Positions 20,069-29,933 of a stretch of 64,000 nucleotides of DNA are shown here, in pieces (position 1 is the first letter of the stretch; the number at the start of each line of letters is the position of its first letter). The notes beneath the pieces are model-generated. The model worked only from the letters and a program-made list of their open reading frames with translations, was not told the DNA's origin and ran no database searches. Origin of the DNA: Bacteroidota bacterium (GTDB taxonomy: Bacteria > Bacteroidota > Bacteroidia > NS11-12g > UBA955); the NCBI GenBank assembly GCA_947496065.1, contig CANMBF010000009.1, forward strand, positions 2,955 to 66,954, given 5' to 3'. A program made the translations under genes and the position numbers.

Positions 20069-21421
20069 ATGCCACTCACTATGAACATTAGACAATTCCT
20101 TTTATTAGCCAGCCTATTCAATGGTTTATTGGCTTGGTCGCAAACCACCATTCTAAAAACCGACACTGGCTATACTTTTATGAGAAATGGTTCACCCTAC
20201 TATGTAAAAGGTGTAGGCGGCGAAGTTAATTTTGATAAAATGATCGCCATTGGTGCCAACTCCTTCAGAACTTGGGGTGTTGACAATGCGCAAAAACTTT
20301 TAGACGAAGCCCAATCAAAAGGCTTAACCGTTATGCTAGGCTTATGGCTTCAGCACGAACGCCACGGATTCGATTATGACAATGCTGAAAAAGTAAAAAG
20401 TCAACTCGAGTATTTCAAAACCGTTATCAATCAATTTAAAAATCATCCTGCCCTTCTCATGTGGGGCATAGGCAACGAGCTCGATCTCGATTATACCAAT
20501 CCAAATTGTTGGAATGCAGTTCAAGATATAGCCAAATACATTCACCAAACAGATCCCAATCACCCTACCTCTACCGTTACCGCTGGCCTCGATTCACTCG
20601 AAGTAAAACACATTATGGCACGCTGCCCTGATATTGATGTATACTGTGTGAATACCTATGGCGACATTCCCAATGTGCCTAATAAAATTAGTGATTACGG
20701 TTGGAAAGGCCCCTTTATGATTACAGAATGGGGGCCGAACGGGCACTGGGAATCACCACAAACCAATTGGAAAGTGTCGCTCGAACAAAGCAGTACGGAA
20801 AAAACCAATTCTTACTATACGCGTTACACCCAATTCATAGCACCTTACAGCAGCCGGTGTTTGGGCTCTTATGCTTTTTTATGGGGTGCTAAACAAGAGT
20901 ATACCGAAACATGGTACGGCCTTTTTTCGAAAGATAATATTCCAACCGAGCCCATCGATGCACTCGAAATGTTGTTCACCCATAAACCCATTGCCAAGCC
21001 TGCTCCCTCTATTTTAAAATTAAGTGTCAATGGGCTTATAGCCACAGAAAATGTAGAACTGAAAGCCGAAAACGATTATGCTGCGGTAGTCGAAATTCTT
21101 CTTAAAGATTCATTGTCCAATCCAGCAGTGCAATATACATGGCGCATTATGGCCGAAAGCACCGATAAAAAATCGGGTGGCGATGTTGAAAATGAAGCCG
21201 AAGAAATTACGGGTCTTATTTTTAGCGGCAAGTCAAAAAACAACATCCGTTTTCATGCACCTTCCATCCCTGGTCAATACCGCCTTTTTGTTGCCGTAAT
21301 ATGTAATGGGAAATTAGCTTATGCCAACTTGCCTTTCCTTATTTTACCGCGCACTGAAGGCGATAAACAAGCCCGCTTTATTAAATTCAAAACCACCAAT
21401 ATGAAAGCCTTTGAACAATAA
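20069..21421 (+). CDS. Clan GH-A TIM-barrel glycoside hydrolase (GH2_C-like, possibly GH158-type beta-1,3-glucanase)
   Basis: GANSFRTW, HPALLMWGIGNE (acid/base), ITEWG (nucleophile), signal peptide. Confidence 0.75.
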   Translation: MPLTMNIRQFLLLASLFNGLLAWSQTTILKTDTGYTFMRNGSPYYVKGVGGEVNFDKMIAIGANSFRTWGVDNAQKLLDEAQSKGLTVMLGLWLQHERHGFDYDNAEKVKSQLEYFKTVINQFKNHPALLMWGIGNELDLDYTNPNCWNAVQDIAKYIHQTDPNHPTSTVTAGLDSLEVKHIMARCPDIDVYCVNTYGDIPNVPNKISDYGWKGPFMITEWGPNGHWESPQTNWKVSLEQSSTEKTNSYYTRYTQFIAPYSSRCLGSYAFLWGAKQEYTETWYGLFSKDNIPTEPIDALEMLFTHKPIAKPAPSILKLSVNGLIATENVELKAENDYAAVVEILLKDSLSNPAVQYTWRIMAESTDKKSGGDVENEAEEITGLIFSGKSKNNIRFHAPSIPGQYRLFVAVICNGKLAYANLPFLILPRTEGDKQARFIKFKTTNMKAFEQ

Positions 21422-21428
21422 CTGATCG

Positions 21429-23303
21429 ATGAATAAAAATAATACTATTGGTTTTTTATTGACGCTCTGCTTGGGTTCTTCTTTGTTATCGCAAAACAAA
21501 ACACGAGATACCGCTAAGCGGTACGCCCCTCCTTCTATGCTGCCTAAGCCCGGGGCAGTCGCTCAAAAACCAATGAGCCCTCTAGAAAATTTAGAGATTA
21601 GTGGGTATTACCGTTTCATTACCAACTACCGTCAACTATACGAAACCTACAGCCATTTGGCGAACAACAAAAACAATATTTTTGTTGGCGATGATTCGCA
21701 AATTCCACAGTTAATGCTCAACATTAAAGGCGATGCTAATAGCAGAACTTCATTTGGTACCGACTTATTTCTTTGGGCCCCGATGACAGGCGAAGGTGAA
21801 AAAGAAAATGTAAAGGGACTTAATTTAGGGGTTAATTTATCTGGCAACTTTGCTACTGATATTGGCAGTTTTTTGGTAAAAGCAGGTGGTATTAATTGGT
21901 ACGCACTCTCTCCTTTTACTTTTCAAACGAGCAAAGGCAATAACCGTTACAGTTTGTTCGAACGCAATCCATGGGATCCAAATACAGCAAAGGTGGATTC
22001 ACGCTATGTCGATTTTTATAGTGCAGGTGCTTTAAATCAAGACTTGCGTTGGGGTAACCAAGCCTTCCATGGTTTAATTGTTGAAGGCAGTCAATTACCA
22101 CATAACTTTTCTTTCAGTGCCATGTATGGCAAAACCCAATTCGATGGTGGCTTATCGGCCATTCCTAACAGTTCGATTGGTGGCCGCTTAACGAAATCTT
22201 ATAATGGTAGAAACTTCATAGCGCTGAATACTTTTAATAACGATAGCTATACCGATTCCATTAGCACCAAGCGCGCTGGCTTTAACATGGTAACCACCGA
22301 ATTCAAACACCATTTTAAACGCATAAAATTATATGGCGAAATTGGTGTTGGTCGCAACTTTGTTTCTAACCTCACCAGCAAATGGGGTGAAGCCATTTCA
22401 ATAAAAATTTCATCCGACATTCAACGAAAATTTCCAACTGAATTGCATGTATTTCGTGTGAGTCCAAATGTATTTAACAACAGTTCTGTTTTTATCAATT
22501 CTTCGATCCAACAAACTACACCTACTAATTCACTTACACAACCAGTGCTCATAGCCGTTTCGAGCGCCTTGTTACCGATTGGTCAGATGTCCAACAACCG
22601 CCAAGGGTTTGAGCTGAATTCACAAATTAATTTGGGCCGTTTGAAAAACAATATTGGCTATAGTAACGCAGTTGAATTAGAAAATTTGTCACCTAAAATT
22701 ACTTACACCCACGCCTTTAATAATTTATCACTTTCGCGCTTTTGGCGTTGGGATTTTCCTAGCAATGTTGGACCTTACAAAAACTTAAGTAAAATTTACC
22801 GCTCGGTTTTCGAAACCGTTTACTTAACAGAATTAAATACAGCCAACGGTAAACCTTTATTTAAAAAATACTTCAACACTTTCGAAATAAATTCGAAATA
22901 CAAAACTAAAATTTTGCGCAAAGATGCCTACTTCTTTTATTTAGGTTCTGTCAATTCTATTCAAAATTTTGCAGCACCCTTCACCGTGTTTTCAGAAAAA
23001 GCTTTGCTGCGCGCCTACTACCATCAATTCGAAGGGTATGTAAAATTGGCGCCCAAACTGGTATGGACCAACTATGTCAGCTTCGAGCGCATTATTGCGA
23101 ATTATAGCACCCAAGTGGATGCAATTTCTAAACGCCCCAAAAATCAACAAGGATTCTCATTTGCAACAGGGGCCGATATACAATTAAGCAAAGGCGCTGG
23201 TCTATATATTCGTCAACGCTGGATGAATTATAAAGACAAGAGTTTTTCTCTCGATCATTACAGAGGTTTTGAAACCACCATTGAAGTCAAAATATTCTTT
23301 TAA
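21429..23303 (+). CDS. Hypothetical outer-membrane beta-barrel protein
   Basis: Signal peptide, alternating beta-strand pattern, C-terminal TTIEVKIFF beta-signal; no TonB plug recognised. Confidence 0.65.
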   Translation: MNKNNTIGFLLTLCLGSSLLSQNKTRDTAKRYAPPSMLPKPGAVAQKPMSPLENLEISGYYRFITNYRQLYETYSHLANNKNNIFVGDDSQIPQLMLNIKGDANSRTSFGTDLFLWAPMTGEGEKENVKGLNLGVNLSGNFATDIGSFLVKAGGINWYALSPFTFQTSKGNNRYSLFERNPWDPNTAKVDSRYVDFYSAGALNQDLRWGNQAFHGLIVEGSQLPHNFSFSAMYGKTQFDGGLSAIPNSSIGGRLTKSYNGRNFIALNTFNNDSYTDSISTKRAGFNMVTTEFKHHFKRIKLYGEIGVGRNFVSNLTSKWGEAISIKISSDIQRKFPTELHVFRVSPNVFNNSSVFINSSIQQTTPTNSLTQPVLIAVSSALLPIGQMSNNRQGFELNSQINLGRLKNNIGYSNAVELENLSPKITYTHAFNNLSLSRFWRWDFPSNVGPYKNLSKIYRSVFETVYLTELNTANGKPLFKKYFNTFEINSKYKTKILRKDAYFFYLGSVNSIQNFAAPFTVFSEKALLRAYYHQFEGYVKLAPKLVWTNYVSFERIIANYSTQVDAISKRPKNQQGFSFATGADIQLSKGAGLYIRQRWMNYKDKSFSLDHYRGFETTIEVKIFF

Positions 23304-23308
23304 AACTT

Positions 23309-25087
23309 ATGAACTACACACAAAAGAAAAATTTAAATTCCATTACAAATAAAGCAAATATGCCTACTGTCAAAGTAAAATATAGAATTGGGTTAACGTT
23401 TTTGTTAATCTTTTCATTGCAATTAAATGCGCAAAAAGACCGCAAACTGACCTTCGTAGGGGGTGCGCGTTCTATTCTTAACAATGGCCGCTTAATTGTC
23501 AATGATAGCATTCCTGATACCACCACCGTAAAACGCAATGAAGGCGGTTATGCCCTCATCGATTTAGGGGTGAATATTAAGCCCAATAAAAATACAGAAA
23601 TCATGGGCATGTTCAGGATTAAAAATAATTTTGGTGGTTTCTGGGGTTCAGGTGTTTCTTTCGATGTGCGTCAATTATGGATTAAAGGTATTGTTGGCAA
23701 TGTGCTGCGTTACCAGTTGGGCGACTTGAATCTGAAACAAAGTAAATTCACCTTGTATAACCACCATGCCGACCAAATCGATAGTTTACCAGCCATTTTT
23801 AACTTGCAACAAAATATTGTAAACTATGAGCGTTTTTATATGAACAACAATACTTGGCGTATGCAAGGTGCTAATGTTGATTTTGGTTTTACCTTCTCTA
23901 AATTTTTAAAGGAAATTAATTTCACAGCTTTTTTAACCCGCTTAAATGCAACCAATTTTGGAAATGTTTCCGACCGTTTAATGAATGCCTACAGTGTGCA
24001 AATTGTAAAGAATAACCACTTGGCATTAACCGGACATACCAATACTATATTCGATGTAAATGGCACCACCAATAATAAAAATTTATTCAATAATTCTGTC
24101 AATAGCATTGAATGGAAATATGAAAACAAATTAAAATCCGATAACACGTACAGTTTTGCTGGTGAATTCGGCAATAGCCACTATTACTACTCAGCCGATA
24201 CCACTGCCCCATATTTAAGCGATTATTTTATCCATGCCTTCGCGCAAATGAATTTGAAGAAAGTGAACTTGAATGTTACAGCTGGTTACCTCAATGTAGG
24301 GGCCGATTTTAGAAGCATAGGCGCACAAAGCAAAGATGTTAACTACAATGCCTTGCCCACTTATTTCAACCGCTATACCAATACACAAGTCATTCGCCCG
24401 ACGACTTTGTTTGATGTTATTAGCAATGAAAATATATACAATCGCACCATCAACAACAATTTAATGAGCGGAAGCCAATTGTTTAACAATGTATTGCCCT
24501 ATGGTTTGGCAACCTTCAACCGTGTGGGCGCTTACCTTAAATTGAATTACAAAAACAAAAAAGACTTAATGGCCAATGCCGAGTACTATAATTTGAGTGA
24601 AATACGAGGACAAGGGACAACAGCCCTTAAACAATTTGCTATCTATAAAATGAATGTGAATGTGCCATTTCACAAACTATTAAATTTGAAAAGAACCTTG
24701 TCCATTCAAGCGGGTACCAATCTACAAATGGCCAATCGCAAAGGCAATGAAGCCATCGAAGATGTGGATTTAAAAATGATGCAAACAACGGCCGGTTTGC
24801 GTTGGGAGTTCTCACCCGACTTTGAATTAATTGCAGGCCTAGTGAACCAAACCAACAAAGGCAATGATTTTTCAGCCGATAGAAATGGCTTTACCGAAGT
24901 CACTTATTTTCAATTGAACAATTATAACCTGACACAACAAATAACTGCTGTAGGTTTGCGTTATAATTTTACGCCTAAAATATACCTCTGCGCCCTTTAC
25001 CAACAAAGTAATTACCAAGACAAAAAACAAAACAATGCCAATTTTAAAATCAATCAATTTGGCATCATTTACAATATTATTTTATAA
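23309..25087 (+). CDS. Hypothetical outer-membrane beta-barrel protein
   Basis: Signal peptide (..SLQLNAQ); amphipathic strands AGLRWEF, VGLRYNF, QFGIIYNIIL. Confidence 0.65.
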   Translation: MNYTQKKNLNSITNKANMPTVKVKYRIGLTFLLIFSLQLNAQKDRKLTFVGGARSILNNGRLIVNDSIPDTTTVKRNEGGYALIDLGVNIKPNKNTEIMGMFRIKNNFGGFWGSGVSFDVRQLWIKGIVGNVLRYQLGDLNLKQSKFTLYNHHADQIDSLPAIFNLQQNIVNYERFYMNNNTWRMQGANVDFGFTFSKFLKEINFTAFLTRLNATNFGNVSDRLMNAYSVQIVKNNHLALTGHTNTIFDVNGTTNNKNLFNNSVNSIEWKYENKLKSDNTYSFAGEFGNSHYYYSADTTAPYLSDYFIHAFAQMNLKKVNLNVTAGYLNVGADFRSIGAQSKDVNYNALPTYFNRYTNTQVIRPTTLFDVISNENIYNRTINNNLMSGSQLFNNVLPYGLATFNRVGAYLKLNYKNKKDLMANAEYYNLSEIRGQGTTALKQFAIYKMNVNVPFHKLLNLKRTLSIQAGTNLQMANRKGNEAIEDVDLKMMQTTAGLRWEFSPDFELIAGLVNQTNKGNDFSADRNGFTEVTYFQLNNYNLTQQITAVGLRYNFTPKIYLCALYQQSNYQDKKQNNANFKINQFGIIYNIIL

Positions 25088-25090
25088 AAA

Positions 25091-26095
25091 ATGAAATACA
25101 AGATACAACTGCTAGCCTTAATTACCCTTGCACTTTTCGCTTGCCGAAAAGATAAAAGCAAAGTGGATGGCCCCAGCATTTCAGAAATATTTAGCGATTT
25201 TAAAGTGGCCGAAACTTTTAAATGCAGCAAAGACAGTGTTAACTTTAATAAAGGTGAAACGGCTTTCTTTACCGCCCGTTTTAACAAGATTGTAAAGTGG
25301 ACCATTACCATACAAGGCAATACATCTAAAGCGATAAAAATCATTAATGGCGAAAGCAAAGCCATCAATGCTAGCAACTCCTCTTGGAATGGTAGCACAT
25401 CAGTATTCCCTATGTTTGCCAAAGAATTTTGTTTGGCCAAATTAAAGGTTAAAGATATTACCGATTCTTTCACTACTAATGTGCGCATAAGCAATACCAA
25501 AAAATTAGAAGGTGTAATTGTAGCCGATTTCGAAACAGGTCTTAATGCCAAATGGACCCGCTTTGCACAAAGTGGAGCCAACATGGATTTTCAAATTAAA
25601 ACTGATGCCTTTGCCCCTCAAGGCAAATCTTATTTAAACATGGCGGGTACTGTGAATTGGGATTATCTCATTGGCCTTATGGATTTTCCAGGTAATGCCT
25701 ACAGCGCTGCACCCACTTTTCCCTTGCCTACCAACCCGGAATCGGTGTATTTTAATTGTTTGATTTATGGGGTTAATAATACCAATACTTCTCTAGTCTT
25801 ATTTCAATTTAAAGAAGATGAAAATGCCGATGGTATTATTAATGCCAACAACGAAGATGAATACGATTACCAAGTAACGGTTGATTGGGTGGGTTGGAAG
25901 CTTATCTCCATTAAGTATTCAGATATTGTGACTTTGGTAAATGGCAGCCCAGCTTCCGCCAAAGGCAACGGCTTGCACAATCCCGATAAAATTGGAAAAA
26001 TATCGATGTTACATCTCGCCAATCCTAATAATGGTTTTGCAAGTTCTAAGCTTGATTTAATGATGTTCACTTTGAATAAACCACTAGAGCCTTGA
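25091..26095 (+). CDS. Lipoprotein with Ig-like and CBM11-like glycan-binding domain
   Basis: Lipobox LFAC; VADFETG...VDWVGWKLISIKYSD. Confidence 0.65.
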   Translation: MKYKIQLLALITLALFACRKDKSKVDGPSISEIFSDFKVAETFKCSKDSVNFNKGETAFFTARFNKIVKWTITIQGNTSKAIKIINGESKAINASNSSWNGSTSVFPMFAKEFCLAKLKVKDITDSFTTNVRISNTKKLEGVIVADFETGLNAKWTRFAQSGANMDFQIKTDAFAPQGKSYLNMAGTVNWDYLIGLMDFPGNAYSAAPTFPLPTNPESVYFNCLIYGVNNTNTSLVLFQFKEDENADGIINANNEDEYDYQVTVDWVGWKLISIKYSDIVTLVNGSPASAKGNGLHNPDKIGKISMLHLANPNNGFASSKLDLMMFTLNKPLEP

Positions 26096-26826
26096 GAAAA
26101 TTTTATTTATATATCTGCAGCATCTTTTGTCTAGCCTTAATGTTATTTTCATGTAACTATATTTTAGAAACTGAGAACGGAAAAGTGGCGCATAAGCGCG
26201 TTGATAAAAACGGAAATGTTATTGATCCTCATTCAAAAAACAAATTTATTTCAGTACAAAAACTAAACTTATACGATGAGCCATTAGTGGCCGATACCAA
26301 TTCAATTAATGGGTTTAAAGCCACCACCATTTTTGGTGATGCTTACGACAAAAGTGTTTGGGTTTCACCCGAGGTCGAATGCGTGGAAATGCGCACCGAA
26401 AAAACTAATGTATTCAGTGGCAATAGTGCATTAAAAGTTACTTGGAATAAAATTGCTGGTGGTTGCAAATGGATAGGCATTGGTTTTGGTTGGAACAATT
26501 GGATGGCCAAAGACATGCTCGATATTACCCAAGTAGCTGCGGTTGAAATGCAAGTAAAATCTGTAAAAGGCTCATTCAAAAATTTACCGGTAGCTTTTGC
26601 ATTCGAAGATTACTCAGGCATTCAAAACTACTATGGTTTCCGCTACGAATTGGCCGCTGGCGAATTCAATGATCAAACATGGACCACCGTTACCATTCCG
26701 CTTTCTAAATTCGAATTGGATACCAAAGATTTTAACCTCGAAAAAGTTAAACAATTCATGATACAACTCGAAGGTGAAGGTGATATTTACCTCGATAATA
26801 TCCGCTTTATTACGCTACAACAATGA
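26092..26826 (+). CDS. Lipoprotein with CBM30/CBM11-like domain
   Basis: Lipobox LFSC; WTTVTIPLSKF, IYLDNIRF. Confidence 0.65.
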   Translation: MRKFYLYICSIFCLALMLFSCNYILETENGKVAHKRVDKNGNVIDPHSKNKFISVQKLNLYDEPLVADTNSINGFKATTIFGDAYDKSVWVSPEVECVEMRTEKTNVFSGNSALKVTWNKIAGGCKWIGIGFGWNNWMAKDMLDITQVAAVEMQVKSVKGSFKNLPVAFAFEDYSGIQNYYGFRYELAAGEFNDQTWTTVTIPLSKFELDTKDFNLEKVKQFMIQLEGEGDIYLDNIRFITLQQ

Positions 26827-29078
26827 AACAACTGAACCTGTTATTAACGGCCCTTTTTTTCTTTTTATATACTGCCTCACACGCCCAAGGTGCTGCTAAA
26901 TCTGTGAATATCGATTCACTCATTGGGCTCATGAGCATCGAAGAGAAAGCAGGACAAATGACCCAAATCGACTTAGGCGTTATAGCCGAAGGTGGCATCT
27001 GCAATCTTAAAAATCCACAGACCCTTAACCTCGACAAATTAAAAACCGCCATAGCCAAATACCATATCGGTTCTATCCTGAATGTTGGCTGTGGTAGTGG
27101 TACCATATCGCTCGAGAATTGGCATAAAATATTGGCCACCATTGTAGCCGAGAATAAAAAAAATAGCAGATTAAACATTCCGATTATTTATGGAATCGAT
27201 GCCATCCATGGCGCCAATTATACCATGGGCGCTACTTTGTTCCCCCAACAAATTGGCCAGGCCGCAACATGGAATCCTTTATTGGTTCAGCAACTCTATG
27301 GTATTACCGCTTACGAAACCCGTGCCTCTGGTATTCCTTGGAATTTTTCACCCGTGCTCGACCTCGGTCGACAGCCCCTGTGGTCGCGCTTCTTTGAATC
27401 ATTTGGCGAAGATGTATTGCTTGCTAAATCAATGACCAAAAGTGCCATCCGCGGACTCGAAGGCAACACCCCTAACAGTCCTTATGCAGTGGCTTCTTGC
27501 ATGAAACATTTCTTGGGTTATAGTATGCCATTAAGTGGTAAAGACCGCACCCCAGCATGGATTAGCGACCGTGAATTGCGCGAATATTTTTTACCTACTT
27601 TTCAAATGGCCATACAACAAGGGGCCAAAACAGTGATGATAAATTCGGGTGAAATCAATGGTACCCCTGTGCACGCGAACTACGATATTTTAACCACCTT
27701 GCTCAGAAATGAATTAGGTTTTAAAGGCGTAGCCGTTACCGATTGGGAAGACGTCTACAAATTAGTAAATGTTCACCGCGTGGCCGAAACAAAAAAAGAA
27801 GCCGTTCGCATGGCCATCATGGCGGGCATCGATATGAGCATGACCCCCAACGATTTTGAGTTTACCGAACTTCTCATCCAATTGATTAAAGAAGGTACCA
27901 TTCCCATGGCCCGTATCGATCAATCTGTAAAACGCATTCTACAATTGAAAGTTGACATGGGTCTCTTCAATGAAACCCGTTTCAATAAAAATTTATATCC
28001 ACTCTTTGGTTCGACACAACATGCCAGCGTGAGTTATAATGGTGCTGCCGAAAGTTTAACCCTTTTAAAAAATAAAGACCAAATTTTGCCTTTAAACGCT
28101 GCCAAAGAAACCATTTTGGTATGTGGACCAGCTGCCAATAGTTTAAATCTCTTAAATGGCGCCTGGACCCACACATGGCAAGGCATTGATGCCCGCTTTA
28201 ATACACCAGGCAAACTCACCATCCAACAAGCCATACAAAAGCAAATGGCCAAAACCAATTTTTACTATTTGCCGGGATGCACCACCGATAGTGTGATTAA
28301 TATTGAAGCCTGTGTTGAAGCCGCCAAAAAAGTCTCTAAAATTATTGTTTGCTTAGGCGAAACACCCTGCACTGAATTGCCGGGTAATATTGATGATTTA
28401 AGTTTATCGGAACCCCAACAACAATTGGTCAAAGCTTTGAGTGCTTTGCATAAACCCATTATTTTGGTTTGTTGTTTTAACCGCCCTCGCATTATTAAGA
28501 ATATTGCGCCTTTGGCCGATGCCATCTTGTATGCCTACCTACCGGGTGATGAAGGTGGACTTGCCATTACCGATGCTTTGTTTGGCAAAATCAATCCGAG
28601 TGGTAAATTGCCTTTTACATACCCTGCAAATGTCAATGCATTTGTTCACTATGACCATAAAAGTTCAGAAGACTTAGATGTAGATTTTTCGAACAATGCT
28701 TACCGCCCACAATTCGATTTTGGCTTTGGCTTAAGCTATACCACTTTCGAATACCAAACCTTTACGATGAGCACCAATTCGCTGGGTGATAAAGATTCAG
28801 TGACCGTCAGCGTGGTTGTTAAAAATACAGGCAGTCGCGAAGGCATGGAAGTGGTGCAATTGTACTACCACGATTTAGTAGCCTCAATTACCCCATCTGT
28901 AAAAAAATTGGTGGCCTTTCAAAAAATAAAATTGGCCCCTCAAGCCATTCAAACTGTAACATTCACTTTGCACAAAAACGATTTCTCCTTTATCAATAAA
29001 GCTTTAAAACGCGTGACCGAAAATGGTGAATTCGAACTCCTCATTCAAAATCAAAAACAATCTTTATATGTCCACTAG
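26823..29078 (+). CDS. Beta-glucosidase, GH3 (BglX-like) with Fn3-like C-terminus
   Basis: GIDAIHG, CMKHFLGY, VTDW nucleophile, FGFGLSYT, EVVQLY. Confidence 0.95.
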   Translation: MKQLNLLLTALFFFLYTASHAQGAAKSVNIDSLIGLMSIEEKAGQMTQIDLGVIAEGGICNLKNPQTLNLDKLKTAIAKYHIGSILNVGCGSGTISLENWHKILATIVAENKKNSRLNIPIIYGIDAIHGANYTMGATLFPQQIGQAATWNPLLVQQLYGITAYETRASGIPWNFSPVLDLGRQPLWSRFFESFGEDVLLAKSMTKSAIRGLEGNTPNSPYAVASCMKHFLGYSMPLSGKDRTPAWISDRELREYFLPTFQMAIQQGAKTVMINSGEINGTPVHANYDILTTLLRNELGFKGVAVTDWEDVYKLVNVHRVAETKKEAVRMAIMAGIDMSMTPNDFEFTELLIQLIKEGTIPMARIDQSVKRILQLKVDMGLFNETRFNKNLYPLFGSTQHASVSYNGAAESLTLLKNKDQILPLNAAKETILVCGPAANSLNLLNGAWTHTWQGIDARFNTPGKLTIQQAIQKQMAKTNFYYLPGCTTDSVINIEACVEAAKKVSKIIVCLGETPCTELPGNIDDLSLSEPQQQLVKALSALHKPIILVCCFNRPRIIKNIAPLADAILYAYLPGDEGGLAITDALFGKINPSGKLPFTYPANVNAFVHYDHKSSEDLDVDFSNNAYRPQFDFGFGLSYTTFEYQTFTMSTNSLGDKDSVTVSVVVKNTGSREGMEVVQLYYHDLVASITPSVKKLVAFQKIKLAPQAIQTVTFTLHKNDFSFINKALKRVTENGEFELLIQNQKQSLYVH

Positions 29079-29901
29079 TCGCATTTTATTTTCGCTTAGC
29101 CTTTGTTTTTTTTTATTCGCTTGTAAACAATCGGCACCACCCGATATTCAACTACCCGACGAAAAAGGCAGCTTGTTTTTTTCAGGTTATTATTTCAATT
29201 ATAAAAATGCAGACAACCCCGTAGGTCCTGGGCCCAATCGCTTTGCAGGCAATTCAGAAAGTGCTTATGTAGATAGCTTAGGTCGCTTGCACATGAAAAT
29301 CATCAAGAAAAATAATTTCTGGTACAGTAGCGAAATTGTAAGTGTGAAAGAATTTAAATACGGTACTTATACCTTTACTTGCGAAACCGATATTAGAAAC
29401 TTCGATCAAAAAGTGGTGTTCGGTTTTTTTACTTGGGACGATTATTCCTTCCAAACCCAAGGCAATAGCGAGATAGATGTTGAATTCGCCAAATGGGATG
29501 TGGCCAGCGATACCAACTTGGTAACCTATAGCGCCCAACCTGTTATTTTTAGTAATCCTACCGCTTATAAAGAACGCACTTACAAACCCGCCATTCCTAC
29601 AAAATACATCAGCAAAACTACCACGTATATGATGCGTTGGACAAGTGATAGCATTGCTTGGGAAAGCTATGAAGGGGAAACCTATCCAGGACCTAATAAA
29701 CTGTCTAAATGGAGTTTTAACAAGAACAATATCCCGCGTTCTAAAATTGAAAACTCACTGAGCTCAAACCCAATCGTCGTGCCTCAACCCACCGACTCAA
29801 CCAATGTGCGCATCAACTTCTGGTTGCTCAATGGTGCCGCCCCGGTGAATGGTCAAAACCACGAAATCATTATCAAGAATTTTACTTACAAACCGCTTTA
29901 A
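29068..29901 (+). CDS. GH16 family lipoprotein (ATG at 29068)
   Basis: Catalytic EIDVE motif, lipobox LFAC, YGTYTF. Confidence 0.8.
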   Translation: MSTSRILFSLSLCFFLFACKQSAPPDIQLPDEKGSLFFSGYYFNYKNADNPVGPGPNRFAGNSESAYVDSLGRLHMKIIKKNNFWYSSEIVSVKEFKYGTYTFTCETDIRNFDQKVVFGFFTWDDYSFQTQGNSEIDVEFAKWDVASDTNLVTYSAQPVIFSNPTAYKERTYKPAIPTKYISKTTTYMMRWTSDSIAWESYEGETYPGPNKLSKWSFNKNNIPRSKIENSLSSNPIVVPQPTDSTNVRINFWLLNGAAPVNGQNHEIIIKNFTYKPL

Positions 29902-29933
29902 TTTTAGTCAACTTAGTTTACTATTTTTTTAAA

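Noticed and set aside
21429-25087. SusC/SusD assignment
   Set aside because: Too short for SusC with no plug or TonB-box motif, and neither protein is a TPR lipoprotein.
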